A stretch of DNA of 64,000 nucleotides. Origin: Cyanobacteria bacterium P01_A01_bin.123. GTDB lineage: Bacteria; Cyanobacteriota; Cyanobacteriia; Phormidesmidales; Phormidesmidaceae. The notes below the pieces were generated by a model, which had not been told where the DNA came from, did not search any database, and saw only the letters and a program-made list of their open reading frames with translations. This document shows positions 20,472 to 30,542 of this stretch, piece after piece (position 1 is the first letter of the stretch; the number at the start of each line of letters is the position of its first letter). Made by a program: the position numbers and the translations under genes. The stretch lies in NCBI GenBank assembly GCA_039815185.1, contig JBCBZT010000034.1:1-64000 (forward strand), written 5' to 3'.

Positions 20472-21173
20472 CTAAAGTGATTTTTTAAACCTTTGAGATA
20501 TTTGTAAACAACGAAGAAAAGCTGCAAGAAACATTCCAGCTGCGAAAACCTTAAAGCATTCTTCAGCTATCCCAAGAGAACTATGGACGGTATGCGCTAA
20601 GTCATGATTGTCAAACAGCCAATATACAAAATCATGTGTGTCTGTCAATAAATCAAGAAATATCATGACTAATGTCAGCGCAAAAGCAATACTAAATAAG
20701 GAAAAGGCAGGTTTGAACTTTTTTAGTTCAGATTTTGCCCAAAATAGAATATTTATCCCAATTAGCGCATAGGCAAAAACAATCAGGCTATCGATTCTAT
20801 CAGTTATCGCTGTCTCGCAAATTTGAAAGAAATCATGAATTAAAATATCTAAATTTTCATGAATCTTTAAAATTTCATCTAAACCCAAAAACAAAAAACC
20901 GAAACTAAGAATAGCCCACAAATTGTAGCTAGGAAACCAGCTATTAACTCTCGCAATAGATTTTCTGGTTTGAAAAATTTTCCAAGCTAGATAAGAGGCC
21001 GCTAAAATTTTAAGGAAGGAAAACCAAGTTATATATCCTGATTCTGCAAAGTGTTTTTCGGGATTTTGATTTAACAATGCTGCTATTAGTAAAGCACTTC
21101 CTAGTACCAGAATATCCACAAATATAGTGACTGAAATGATTTTTCTGGTAGAGCAATATTTTTGCATCGACAA
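20472..21173 (-). CDS. multi-pass membrane protein, AT-rich
   Basis: about 6 TM, LDEILKIHE and AEECFK motifs. Confidence 0.7.
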   Translation of the reverse strand: MSMQKYCSTRKIISVTIFVDILVLGSALLIAALLNQNPEKHFAESGYITWFSFLKILAASYLAWKIFQTRKSIARVNSWFPSYNLWAILSFGFLFLGLDEILKIHENLDILIHDFFQICETAITDRIDSLIVFAYALIGINILFWAKSELKKFKPAFSLFSIAFALTLVMIFLDLLTDTHDFVYWLFDNHDLAHTVHSSLGIAEECFKVFAAGMFLAAFLRCLQISQRFKKSL

Positions 21174-21656
21174 TTATTAAGATTACTTTAATGAAAGTTT
21201 AAGGTGCTCAAGAATTTTGTCAAGCTCAATGACATATTTTTTTAAGAAAAAACAAGTAATAATGATTGCCATTCTATTTTTTAAGGTTGCGGAAATTGGA
21301 GCGTAAGGATAGCAGCCATTAGACGCATCAAACTGATGCATCTAACGTCTAAATGGAGGAAACGGAGACAATGTTACCTATAAATGAAAGGGAAGCTTAA
21401 GCGTATTTTGAGCGGCATGACAAACTTCCTTACTCTCTAAAGCTTCCATACTAGGATGCTGCTGCAAATGCTCGAAATTGAGATAGCTTAACTACTTTAG
21501 AGACATCAATGCGGCTCATAACATCAAGCGGAAACATTTTCAATCCGTAGTGTCAATTCGCCTGACAGAGGATAATGATATATGCAAAGGCTATAGCTGT
21601 CTGCTGCCAGTGGAGGGAATAGCATGTTTCTAGGTTAAGTTGGATTGGTTAGTTCT

Positions 21657-22190
21657 ATGACTGAAGCAGTGACCACAGTGTTGGGTGCGATCGCTGGCTT
21701 TCTTGCGAAGTCGGCTTGGGATCTTTACTGGCAGCAACGGCAGGACAAAAAGACACTCCAGTATCGCAAACGCTTGGACGTGCTCGAACAGCAACTGTCT
21801 CGCTTCTATTGGCCGATTTATATCCGACTGCAGAAAGACAATGCGGTTTGGCAGCGCATCCTCGACCGCAACCGTGATGCCGAGGATCTGCGTGCTCGGA
21901 TCGGCGAGAGTATTGAGTCTAAGGTGATCTTGCCCAACCACCAAGAAACGGTACGCGTTATTCAGGAAAACATTCACCTTGCCCAAGCGGATAAGGCATT
22001 AGAAGAGTTGCTACTCCAGTACGTTCGCCACGTCGCCGTGTATGCAGCAATGCGGGATGCGGGTTGCAAAGATATAGACCCAATCACGCTTGGCGAACCA
22101 CGGCCCGACAAACTGTTTCCGGTGGTTGCTGAGCGCACGCTACGGTTACAGGCCGAGTTTGACCAGTTGATTGGCCGGGTGCGTCCCTAA
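21657..22190 (+). CDS. hypothetical protein with N-terminal TM
   Basis: uninterrupted ORF of ~178 codons, QLSRFYWP motif; start uncertain. Confidence 0.65.
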   Translation: MTEAVTTVLGAIAGFLAKSAWDLYWQQRQDKKTLQYRKRLDVLEQQLSRFYWPIYIRLQKDNAVWQRILDRNRDAEDLRARIGESIESKVILPNHQETVRVIQENIHLAQADKALEELLLQYVRHVAVYAAMRDAGCKDIDPITLGEPRPDKLFPVVAERTLRLQAEFDQLIGRVRP

Positions 22191-22217
22191 TTCAAGGCGG
22201 TGTCAGAGGGTGACCCC

Positions 22218-24395
22218 TCAACTCCAAAATTCGTCCAGATCGACTTCTGAGATCTCTTTTTGAACTTCCTGGAAGTAGCTGCTGGCGGTCAACGTCGCAA
22301 CTTCTTCTTCACGTTTATTTTGGTCGATCTCGATCTTCAATTCTTTTAATTGCTGTCTTAGTTTATCTTCTCGATTTTTGCGCTCTGTGATGTCTTGCAC
22401 AATCCCTTCGTAATACAACACGTTACCGTTGTTGTCTCTAACCACACGCGCATCAATCTGAGTCCAGATAATGGTGCCATTTTCACAGTAAGAACGGTAC
22501 TGAAAATTCTTGACCGTATCTTGTTTATCTATCAATTCTTTGAACTCAGTCCGTTTCTCTGAATCTACATAAAGCTGCTCACCAATATTGGTAATGCGCT
22601 TGATCATCTCAGCCGGTGAGCGATAACCATAGATTTTTGATAATGCCGGATTAACATTGATAAAGCGTCCTGCTGGGCTAGATTGAAAAATTCCCTCCAG
22701 GGCATTTTCAAAGATGCTTCGATAGTTTTCTTCAGCGATACGCAGGGCTTCTTCGGCTTGTTTGCGATCGCTAATATCGCGCACCATAATCAAGACTTCA
22801 TCTTCCCCTAAAACTAGAATGCGAATTTCTTCATCTTGAGGTTTACCATTCAGCAAAATTCGATGCTCATAAACCTGAAGCTGACCTGTTTTCAAGGCGT
22901 TCTGAATATAGCGCATCCGCTTCTCTGCCAGCTCAGGAGGTAATGATTCCTGAACGGTGTTGCCTGGGCTAAACTGCTGCATTCCATATACACCCCGCAG
23001 GCGATCGCTGCCGATGATATCTAAGTAGGTACCATCCCCTTTGGCCCGAATCATCAAATCAGGAATGGTATTGACAATGGCGCGATTGGTTGCTTCGCTC
23101 TGACGCAGCGCTTCGAAGGATTGCTTCAGCTGACTGGTCATTTTATTAAAAGACCCCGCCAGCGAGCCAATTTCAGTAATGAAGCTGGGGGGAACCTGCT
23201 GATCGAGCTGGCCTTGGGCCAGCTTGTCTGATGCTTTAGACACGCGCAGAATCGGGCGGGTAATCCATCGGGCAGCGAGCACACTAATCACCAGTGCTAG
23301 CAGTAATGCCACCAAACATAGAAAAATCGTGTTGCGGGTGTTGGTATTGATCTGCCCCATAAAATCGGCTTCAGGCACCACAACGACAATCAACCAATCC
23401 AATCCAAACCCGTCCTGAAAGGGCACAACTTCTAAAAACTGGCGTTTTCCCTTGATCTGAACTTCGAGTCGTTGAGCTTGGTTAATCTGCTCAAATCCAT
23501 TGAAGCGATTGACTAAGTAGTTCGCCGTGTCCCGCACCAGCTGATCTTGGCTATTGGTCGCGAGTAATGGCTGAACTGTATCATTACCCTCCACCATGAG
23601 GGGTTCATCCGTCGAGTTGGAGATCAAATTTCCTTGGCGATCAATCACAAACGCTTGCCCCGTGTTGCCAATTTCTAGACTTTGCAAGAAATCCCGAAAT
23701 TCTTTTGGTAAGACGACATCGGTGGCACAGACCCCGATCAAATTTCGCCCCGACCGATTGTACACGGGCAAACTAGCTGTAATATTTGGCAAGCCTGTGG
23801 TGAAAGCAATATAAATATCGGTCCAGCTGGGTTGTTCAGCTAATGTGGCCGCCGTAAACCAGGGGCGCTGACGAGAGTCGTAGGGTTTGTCAGTTTGACG
23901 TAAGAAATGGGTGCGTTCACCCCTGACATCCAAGCTGTAGAACCGACGCAAATAATTGGTCGATTGATTGCTATATGACAGTTGTAGAGAACCATCTTCA
24001 GGCGATCGCAACACGCCAAAAAATTCGCCTTTTTGAGCACTGCCACAATAGACTAAGGCAACCGTCGGCGCGATCTTCATCTGTTGGTAAAGCTGACTCT
24101 CGCCGAAGGTGCCTTTCTGCAAATCGATCTGGCCAAGGGCAAGCGCCCCGGCATTGAGCCGATTGATTTCGTGGGGTGTTTCAAAATATCCCCTCAACTC
24201 TCGTTCAATCCGAGCAGTCACCTCTTGCCGCAGTTGCGTTGCCAGGTCGCTAACGGCCTTCTGCCCATTGCGAAATGACAGATAGCCGACTAAACCGACT
24301 GCACCGACAATCTGCCCGACGAACATCACAATCAGCATGACTCTCAAAGGCAGACTGACAGATTTAGATGCTTTCAAATTAGGAGATGATGACAT
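22218..24395 (-). CDS. Cache-HAMP-PAS-PAS sensor with no enzymatic output domain
   Basis: TM, periplasmic YDSRQRPWF, TM, HAMP (ITRPI...EIGSLAGSFNKM), two PAS, C-terminal LKIEIDQNKREEEV...YFQEV tail. Confidence 0.88.
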   Translation of the reverse strand: MSSSPNLKASKSVSLPLRVMLIVMFVGQIVGAVGLVGYLSFRNGQKAVSDLATQLRQEVTARIERELRGYFETPHEINRLNAGALALGQIDLQKGTFGESQLYQQMKIAPTVALVYCGSAQKGEFFGVLRSPEDGSLQLSYSNQSTNYLRRFYSLDVRGERTHFLRQTDKPYDSRQRPWFTAATLAEQPSWTDIYIAFTTGLPNITASLPVYNRSGRNLIGVCATDVVLPKEFRDFLQSLEIGNTGQAFVIDRQGNLISNSTDEPLMVEGNDTVQPLLATNSQDQLVRDTANYLVNRFNGFEQINQAQRLEVQIKGKRQFLEVVPFQDGFGLDWLIVVVVPEADFMGQINTNTRNTIFLCLVALLLALVISVLAARWITRPILRVSKASDKLAQGQLDQQVPPSFITEIGSLAGSFNKMTSQLKQSFEALRQSEATNRAIVNTIPDLMIRAKGDGTYLDIIGSDRLRGVYGMQQFSPGNTVQESLPPELAEKRMRYIQNALKTGQLQVYEHRILLNGKPQDEEIRILVLGEDEVLIMVRDISDRKQAEEALRIAEENYRSIFENALEGIFQSSPAGRFINVNPALSKIYGYRSPAEMIKRITNIGEQLYVDSEKRTEFKELIDKQDTVKNFQYRSYCENGTIIWTQIDARVVRDNNGNVLYYEGIVQDITERKNREDKLRQQLKELKIEIDQNKREEEVATLTASSYFQEVQKEISEVDLDEFWS

Positions 24396-24408
24396 GGGTT
24401 CTTTTGGC

Positions 24409-24564
24409 TTACGAGCTCCAAAATTCATCCAGATCTACTTCTGACACCTCTTTTTGCACCTGCTGGAAGTAGCTGCTTTCTGTCAGTGCTGACACTAGCG
24501 TGATCCGCAGTCGCAGCCTTCGGGAACGTTGGGAGTTGGGGGAGTTACTAGTCATCACGTCCAT
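24409..24564 (-). CDS. 51-aa mini-protein: in-frame internal deletion of a paralogue of the adjacent sensor
   Basis: GGAGGAG RBS, MDVMTSNSPNSQRSRRLRLRITLVSALTESSYFQQVQKEVSEVDLDEFWSS*; tail matches the sensor C-terminus. Confidence 0.7.
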   Translation of the reverse strand: MDVMTSNSPNSQRSRRLRLRITLVSALTESSYFQQVQKEVSEVDLDEFWSS

Positions 24565-24597
24565 CTCCTCCAGCGATCTATTGATTTACACATGATA

Positions 24598-25992
24598 TTA
24601 CCGAGCTGCATGAACTTCCTGCGCCGCATGAATAGCTGATTCGATTGCTCCCTGAATCCAGCGAGTTTCAAATTTGCTGCAATGGTCTCCAGCAAAATAA
24701 ACCCGTCCTTCAGGAGCCACGATATCCTTGAAGCTGGACATCGTGCCCGGTTCAAGCAAGGCTCCCACCCCACCCGCATAGGGATCATTACCCCAGTGGT
24801 GATAGACAGCCACCTCGAAGGTGCGATCGATTTGCGGATGAATCTCCCGTAAGTTTTCGATTGCCTGTCGGATTAGGTAATCACGCGGCAAACTCGCAAA
24901 GGACTGGGCATCTCGTCCCCAGGTATAGCTTGCCAGCAAGGCTCCCCTGCCGGTCTCCTGTCCATGTTGGGGATAGTAGATATTGCGAATGGCCAAATCG
25001 GTAACCGATCCGCCACCGTGAATCCCATCATCGTTTTCCCAAAAACGCGAACTGCACTGAATGAAAATTTTAGAAGACGAGTCGTAGTTAAGTTGGCGGA
25101 TCGCCCGACGCTTACTGGGGGCGAAGGGGGGAGTCACTTCGATATGCCGCATCAGGCTAAAGGGGATGGTGACGATTAGGTAATCGGCTTTTTCTTGAAA
25201 CCGACCTGCCAAGGTGTCATAGGTAACGGTGACTTGATTGGCTGCATTGTCGATCGCCTCCAGCGAGGCCCCAAATCGAATCTCTTTCCCTAAGATTGGT
25301 AGAAACGCCTTCGGTAGGGCGTCAGAGCCATCCACCAGATACACCATATCGGAAAAGGTGCTGGAGTATTCGTGATGGAGATAGCTCACGAAAGAAGAAT
25401 TCATCCGAGACTCCACATTGCCCAAAATGCCCAGCATTTCGAGCGCCCCCTCTGACCATCCGGCATGATGCAGAAACCCTCGCAGGGAAAAGTGATCGTA
25501 TTCTGCAATAATGTCATCCCAGACTTTATCGCCTTGTTCCAGAACGCGATTGTAAATGGGTTTGAAGGTGGCTTTGAGCAGATCTTCGGGATGCTTGCCC
25601 TGCTCGTGGGGATACACATCAAAGATAAACTTGGTCGGGTTAAATTCCTTGCGCCGTACCCGCTTGCCTTGTAGATAAATGTAAGCGTTTGGGTTACTGA
25701 GGATGAACGGTTCCGTTTTCAGGCGGAAGCGTTTGATGTAGGCCATGGTTAAGTCATGACTCTGGGGAATCCGCATGGCTCCAATTTCCGCTCTCAACCC
25801 CGGAGCCAATCCCTCACGCATTGTGTAAACGCGCCCCCCAACCCGATGTTGAGCTTCCAGAATGGTAATCGTGTGACCGGCTCGCTTCAGTAAATCGCCA
25901 GCGACCAGTCCCGCCATTCCTGCGCCCACAATGATGATCTTTTTAGGACGGCTAGCGTTGGTATCTAGCCCGTTCTGAATCATTGATTGCAT
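24598..25992 (-). CDS. flavin monoamine oxidase / L-amino-acid oxidase family
   Basis: GAGMAG, EA..RVGGRV.T, GAMRIP, FAGDH, WIQGAIES. Confidence 0.9.
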   Translation of the reverse strand: MQSMIQNGLDTNASRPKKIIIVGAGMAGLVAGDLLKRAGHTITILEAQHRVGGRVYTMREGLAPGLRAEIGAMRIPQSHDLTMAYIKRFRLKTEPFILSNPNAYIYLQGKRVRRKEFNPTKFIFDVYPHEQGKHPEDLLKATFKPIYNRVLEQGDKVWDDIIAEYDHFSLRGFLHHAGWSEGALEMLGILGNVESRMNSSFVSYLHHEYSSTFSDMVYLVDGSDALPKAFLPILGKEIRFGASLEAIDNAANQVTVTYDTLAGRFQEKADYLIVTIPFSLMRHIEVTPPFAPSKRRAIRQLNYDSSSKIFIQCSSRFWENDDGIHGGGSVTDLAIRNIYYPQHGQETGRGALLASYTWGRDAQSFASLPRDYLIRQAIENLREIHPQIDRTFEVAVYHHWGNDPYAGGVGALLEPGTMSSFKDIVAPEGRVYFAGDHCSKFETRWIQGAIESAIHAAQEVHAAR

Positions 25993-26027
25993 TTTGGGTT
26001 GACTCCTAATCGTTTTGGATTTAAGGG

Positions 26028-27059
26028 TTACCAGTCATCAATCCCATCTCCTCCAGCAATCCATTCGTCTAAGTTGCGATCGCCCGTGGCCACATTAAAC
26101 AGATGTAAGCCAAAATCCTTAGACAGGTCCTCACAGACCTTGATGCCCCGCACACTATTGCCTTTAATGTCCAGCGGTGGCGAAAATGTGCCGATGCCCA
26201 ATTTGCCGGGAACCACGGCTAAAATGCCGCCCCCCACGCCACTCTTGGCAGGCATACCAACCCGGTAGGCCCACTCCCCTGAGGCGTCATACATGCCGCA
26301 AGTCAGCATCACACTGACGACATCTTGCACATAGCGTTCGTCGATCGCCCGTTCTTGAGTCACCGGATTGATACCACCATTGGCCAAAGTTGCCGATAGC
26401 ATCGCCAGATCACGGGCATTGACCATGACTGAACATTGCTGAAAGTAGAGATCTAAGGTTTCATCAATTTTGTCGCCCACCATGCCAAAGTTGAGCATCA
26501 AATAGGCCATTGCCCGGTTACGATACCCCGTTGACTTTTCAGACAAAAAGACGGGCACATTGATATCGTGCTCTCGTCCGGTGAAGCGCTTAAACATTTC
26601 CAGCACCCGTTTAAGGCGCTCGGTGCCGTTTTTGCCCTTGATTAAATCAGCCGTTGCGATCGCCCCCGCATTTACCATCGGATTGTAAGGACGGTTAGTG
26701 ACCTCATCCAACACAATCGCGTTGAAGGCTTCGCCCGTGGGCTCCACGCTGACCTTGCTATTAACATACTCACGCCCGTGATCTTCCAGGGCTAAGCCAA
26801 ACACAAATGCTTTTGAAATGGACTGAATCGTAAAGAGTTGATCACACTCCCCCACCTCAAACACCTGACCATCGGCAGTCACAACGCAGATCCCGAACCA
26901 TTCTGGCTTAGCGAGGGCGAGTTCAGGAATGTAGTCGGCAACGGTGCCGTCATCTAACGATCGATATTTTTCGTGTAGATCGTTCAAATAATTTCGAAAG
27001 GGCGAAGTAACCGCAGTAATCGAGTTGGCAAGGGACTGTAAATCTCCAAAATTGGACAT
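26028..27059 (-). CDS. glsA: glutaminase A (single domain)
   Basis: [15 protein letters not shown] (SxxK), [22 protein letters not shown]. Confidence 0.95.
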   Translation of the reverse strand: MSNFGDLQSLANSITAVTSPFRNYLNDLHEKYRSLDDGTVADYIPELALAKPEWFGICVVTADGQVFEVGECDQLFTIQSISKAFVFGLALEDHGREYVNSKVSVEPTGEAFNAIVLDEVTNRPYNPMVNAGAIATADLIKGKNGTERLKRVLEMFKRFTGREHDINVPVFLSEKSTGYRNRAMAYLMLNFGMVGDKIDETLDLYFQQCSVMVNARDLAMLSATLANGGINPVTQERAIDERYVQDVVSVMLTCGMYDASGEWAYRVGMPAKSGVGGGILAVVPGKLGIGTFSPPLDIKGNSVRGIKVCEDLSKDFGLHLFNVATGDRNLDEWIAGGDGIDDW

Positions 27060-27064
27060 CCTTT

Positions 27065-27823
27065 CTAACCCTCCGTAATCTGCTGGGCCACTTTACGAAA
27101 CTCTTGACTCACTTCGTGTTCAGGATATTTCACACAAAATACGCCTTCACTGGCCAGCTGCACCACATCTTCCGACAGCGGAAACACCCCTGCGACCTTC
27201 TCATGGTAGGTTTCCTCGACTTTCTGCTGGAGGGCATCCAGATTCAGTTTGCTGTGGGCTTTGTTGATCGTCAGCAGCATTTTGCGAACTTTCAGTTGCC
27301 GGGCCACATCCACCGTGACCGCTGTGCCCTGGTAATCCTGTTTGTCAGGACGCAAAATTAGGATCAACACATGTGAAATGGCAATTGACAAAAAGGTTTC
27401 TTTCGAAAGGCCTGGATGGGTATCAATGAACAAATAGTCCAACTTGAGTGCCTTAACGAGGCTACGAAACCCATCGTTCATCAGCTTGACATCGTAGCCA
27501 TCCTTGAGAATACGGGCGATGTCATCTGCCTTAACACTGGAAGGCACGAGATAAAGTTTGCCCTCGCCTTCGACGCCAACATTAGCACCGATGTCGTAGG
27601 CCGTATCTTCAATTGAACTTTCACCCCACAAGTAATTATTAAGGGTTTTGTGAGTGTGCTCTGGTTCCAGACCAAACAGATTGTGAATACCGGGTGAGGG
27701 CACATCTGTATCGACAACCCCGACACGATACCCCTGCAGTGCAACTGTGGTGGCTAAGTTTGCAGTAAAGTTAGATTTACCCGTACCGCCTCGGTAAGAG
27801 TGGATCGAAACAACTTTTGGCAT
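27065..27823 (-). CDS. MinD/ParA family ATPase
   Basis: SYRGGTGKS deviant Walker A, VDTD..SPG, IDTHPG. Confidence 0.88.
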   Translation of the reverse strand: MPKVVSIHSYRGGTGKSNFTANLATTVALQGYRVGVVDTDVPSPGIHNLFGLEPEHTHKTLNNYLWGESSIEDTAYDIGANVGVEGEGKLYLVPSSVKADDIARILKDGYDVKLMNDGFRSLVKALKLDYLFIDTHPGLSKETFLSIAISHVLILILRPDKQDYQGTAVTVDVARQLKVRKMLLTINKAHSKLNLDALQQKVEETYHEKVAGVFPLSEDVVQLASEGVFCVKYPEHEVSQEFRKVAQQITEG

Positions 27824-28022
27824 TTCTGGGTTAATGGATGGGTAATGTGGAGAACTCTTTCAAGAAAATACCAGATAAAACCTGCTCTTAAAGAAAATGC
27901 CAAGGCGGATCTTTAAATGTAAGCACTCATTATCCATTTTTCTAGGGCAGGGATGTGACTCACAGCCTCCCAAAAACTTGCTGACAAGCCCTCTATGACT
28001 AGATCTGCAATAACTCTAAATC

Positions 28023-30059
28023 TCATATCTGAGTAGAGCGTAGTGCCGCTCCCGAATAAGCTTCTGCTTGCTTGAGAGCCTTAACAATAGCATCGTGGCG
28101 ATGACGCATAGCATCATCGAGTGGGGTAAAGCCCCAACGGTCTTGGACGTTGGGGTTGACCTGATTGGCCAGTAAAAACTCAATCACGTTGAGCTGTCCT
28201 TCTGCGGCGGCAAGGTGGATGGCGGTGCGACCATCATAGTCTGCTGCATCCATGGAAATTCCGCGGGCAATGTAGGGCAACATCGCATTCAGATTGCCCT
28301 GACTAGCAGCCCAGATTAGGGCTGTAACATCAGTGGTGACCGAACTGGGCAGTTTGATGTCGGCTTGGGGATAAGAATCTTGCCCTCTTTTTGCCCCGGC
28401 CTCTTGCAGAATGGCGGCAACAGCCTTGTGTCCCTGTTGTTCGGCATCATTCAGCGGTGTGCAACCCCAGCGGTCGGTGACATTTGCATTTGCACCGTGC
28501 TCTAACAGAAATTGCACCACATTTTTATGACCACCGGCAGCGGCCAAGTGTAGAGGCGTTCGATTGTCATAGTCGCCGGCATTCATATCGGCTCCACGAA
28601 TTTGGTACTGCGTTATGGCCGTCAGGTCGCCTCGGCTGGCCACTTCAATTAAGCTGGTAATTTCTTCTGATTCTCGCTGAATTGGGCTGACACGGGGGTT
28701 CTTTTTTTCTGACTGAAAATCGAGATTATCGTAGTTGTGGACGCTAAATTTTTGAACCAGCTGCTTACAGAATTCAACCCCGCGCACGCTGTTGCCTTGA
28801 ACATCAAGATTAGGGGACCAAATACACAAGCCCAACACGTTAGGAATGACAACCATGACCGCTCCGGACACGCCGGATTTGGCCGGTAACCCCACCATAA
28901 AGGCCCATTCACCACTGTAGTCATACATGCCGCAGGAGTACATCAAAGACAGACAGTGTTGCACCGTATTGGTTTTGAAAATCTTTTCGCCTGTAATCGG
29001 ACAGGTGCCCCCATTGGCCATGGTGGCAGCCACCACAGACATTTGGTCAGCATTCAATTCAATCGAACAGGACTGAAAATAGAACTCTAGGGTTTCTTCA
29101 AGCTCGGCCCAGGCAGGGAATGCTTTCGTTTCCATCATGTAGTGGCTGAGGGCACGGTTGCGATGGGCCGTTTCTCGCTCAGATAAATACACGGCGTTGT
29201 TAAAAGTAATCCGATCATTGCCGGTGAGACGGCTCCAGTGATTGAGCACATAATCAAACCGATCGGCATGGGGTAGATCATGGCGAATCAGAGAACAGCA
29301 CATAATAGCCCCTGCGTTAATCATGGGATTATGGGGTAATCCTTTACTGTTCAATGTGAGTTCATTGAACCCTAAACCAGAAGGTTCTCGCCCGACGTGC
29401 TGATGAACCACTTCGGCGCCCAGTTCTTCCAAGGCGAGACAGTAGGCAATGGTTTTGCTGGTGCTTTGCACCGTAAAGTTTTCAAGGGTGTTGCCACGGG
29501 AGTAGCGCTGCCCGTCAATGGTACAGATGGCCACGGCAAAGTTTCGCTCATCGACCCTGGCGAGTTGAGGAATGTAGTTGGCGAGGGCACCCCCATCATG
29601 AACACTGACCGCTTCGTAAATCGTGTCGATGTCCTGGCAAAAATCTTGAAAATCGGGAATGATTAGCTGGGCTTTGAGTACCCGACGGATCAGATGGATA
29701 TTGGGACGAATGATTTTTTGAAAGTCATCAAAGTCAATTTCAGAGTCATGGCGGGGTGAAAGCAGACCTAATTCCTGCAGACTCTCAGAAAAGCGTAAAT
29801 CGGAGAGCTTGAGTCCAGCGCGCACAAAAGTACTCAAAAACTCTTCGCGCGTGATTTTACCGTTACCATCTAGATCGGCAGCTTGGAATAGGCGAAGATC
29901 CTGTTCATCGACGGCTTTAGCTGCTGTCATAGCCCGGCCTAAAGTTGGGGGTTGAGTCGGCTTGGGTAGGGTCGATTTAGCATCCTTTTGAGGCCGAGCC
30001 TCAGGCATAGGCTTGTCGATGGCCTTGGTTTTGGTTTTGGTTTTAGTTTTTTGATCCAT
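28023..30059 (-). CDS. multidomain glutaminase: EF-hand + glutaminase + ankyrin repeats
   Basis: DLDGNGKITREE EF loop; ANYIPQL, QSTSK, NPMINAGAI, PAKSGVSG; two ankyrin blocks (DYDNRTPLHLAA, DYDGRTAIHLAA); start uncertain (30059-30158). Confidence 0.92.
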   Translation of the reverse strand: MDQKTKTKTKTKAIDKPMPEARPQKDAKSTLPKPTQPPTLGRAMTAAKAVDEQDLRLFQAADLDGNGKITREEFLSTFVRAGLKLSDLRFSESLQELGLLSPRHDSEIDFDDFQKIIRPNIHLIRRVLKAQLIIPDFQDFCQDIDTIYEAVSVHDGGALANYIPQLARVDERNFAVAICTIDGQRYSRGNTLENFTVQSTSKTIAYCLALEELGAEVVHQHVGREPSGLGFNELTLNSKGLPHNPMINAGAIMCCSLIRHDLPHADRFDYVLNHWSRLTGNDRITFNNAVYLSERETAHRNRALSHYMMETKAFPAWAELEETLEFYFQSCSIELNADQMSVVAATMANGGTCPITGEKIFKTNTVQHCLSLMYSCGMYDYSGEWAFMVGLPAKSGVSGAVMVVIPNVLGLCIWSPNLDVQGNSVRGVEFCKQLVQKFSVHNYDNLDFQSEKKNPRVSPIQRESEEITSLIEVASRGDLTAITQYQIRGADMNAGDYDNRTPLHLAAAGGHKNVVQFLLEHGANANVTDRWGCTPLNDAEQQGHKAVAAILQEAGAKRGQDSYPQADIKLPSSVTTDVTALIWAASQGNLNAMLPYIARGISMDAADYDGRTAIHLAAAEGQLNVIEFLLANQVNPNVQDRWGFTPLDDAMRHRHDAIVKALKQAEAYSGAALRSTQI

Positions 30060-30204
30060 GGTATTTAGCATCAGGTGACGACAGGGTGGCATTGACAGAA
30101 AGCTGCCTGATGGGGAATCGCTGGCAGCGCTAGCGTTAAAGCGATGAATAGTGGGCATCGCTGACGACTTCAGGCCGATCAGAGAGACTATTTGCTGTGG
30201 GGAT

Positions 30205-30410
30205 AAGGCTACACATAAATTGGAAATAGGACTCGATCCCAGCAGACTTAGAAGCTCTCACGCTGGTGAGTTGGTCAAAGATAGGCTGGGTCAGAATGTT
30301 TCGAGCCCGCTGCCAGACCAGGACGCCCATCACTGCAGCAGAGCCCAACTGACCCCTAACAGCACCAACATCACTTTTGATTTGATCCTGAGCTGCCCCA
30401 GTCCTAACAT
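30205..30410 (-). pseudogene. frameshifted 5' remnant of a membrane sensor (adenylate-cyclase/HAMP type)
   Basis: GGAG RBS, MLGLGQLRIKSKVMLVLLGVS / LGSAAVMGVLVWQRARNILTQPIFDQLTSVRASK...IESYF, then lost. Confidence 0.55.
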
Positions 30411-30427
30411 TGCACATCACTCCAATA

Positions 30428-30460
30428 GAAGAAGAAGAAAAGGGGGCGCAGAATGCCCCC
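30428..30460 (-). terminator. intrinsic terminator after amt
   Basis: gggggc-attctgc-gccccc stem followed by ttttcttctt on the minus strand. Confidence 0.55.
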
Positions 30461-30542
30461 ACAAGGAGTCTTGGCAAAAGCCAAGAAACGTTCAGAACCA
30501 AACCTTTGTGGCGATCGCCTTGGGCTAACTTTGGCGATCGCG

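Noticed and set aside
21500..21656. Possible integron attC-like site before the 21657 gene (also 1490-1600)
   Set aside because: Could not pair convincing R''/R' and L boxes; no integrase in the window
30027..30052. Hexamer microsatellite encoding KTKTKTK in the glutaminase N-terminus
   Set aside because: In-frame unit in a low-complexity leader; no phase-variation consequence
30136..30528. ORFs 30136-30501(-) and 30151-30528(+) as real genes
   Set aside because: The minus ORF is better explained as part of a frameshifted remnant running through a terminator; the plus ORF has no protein-like features
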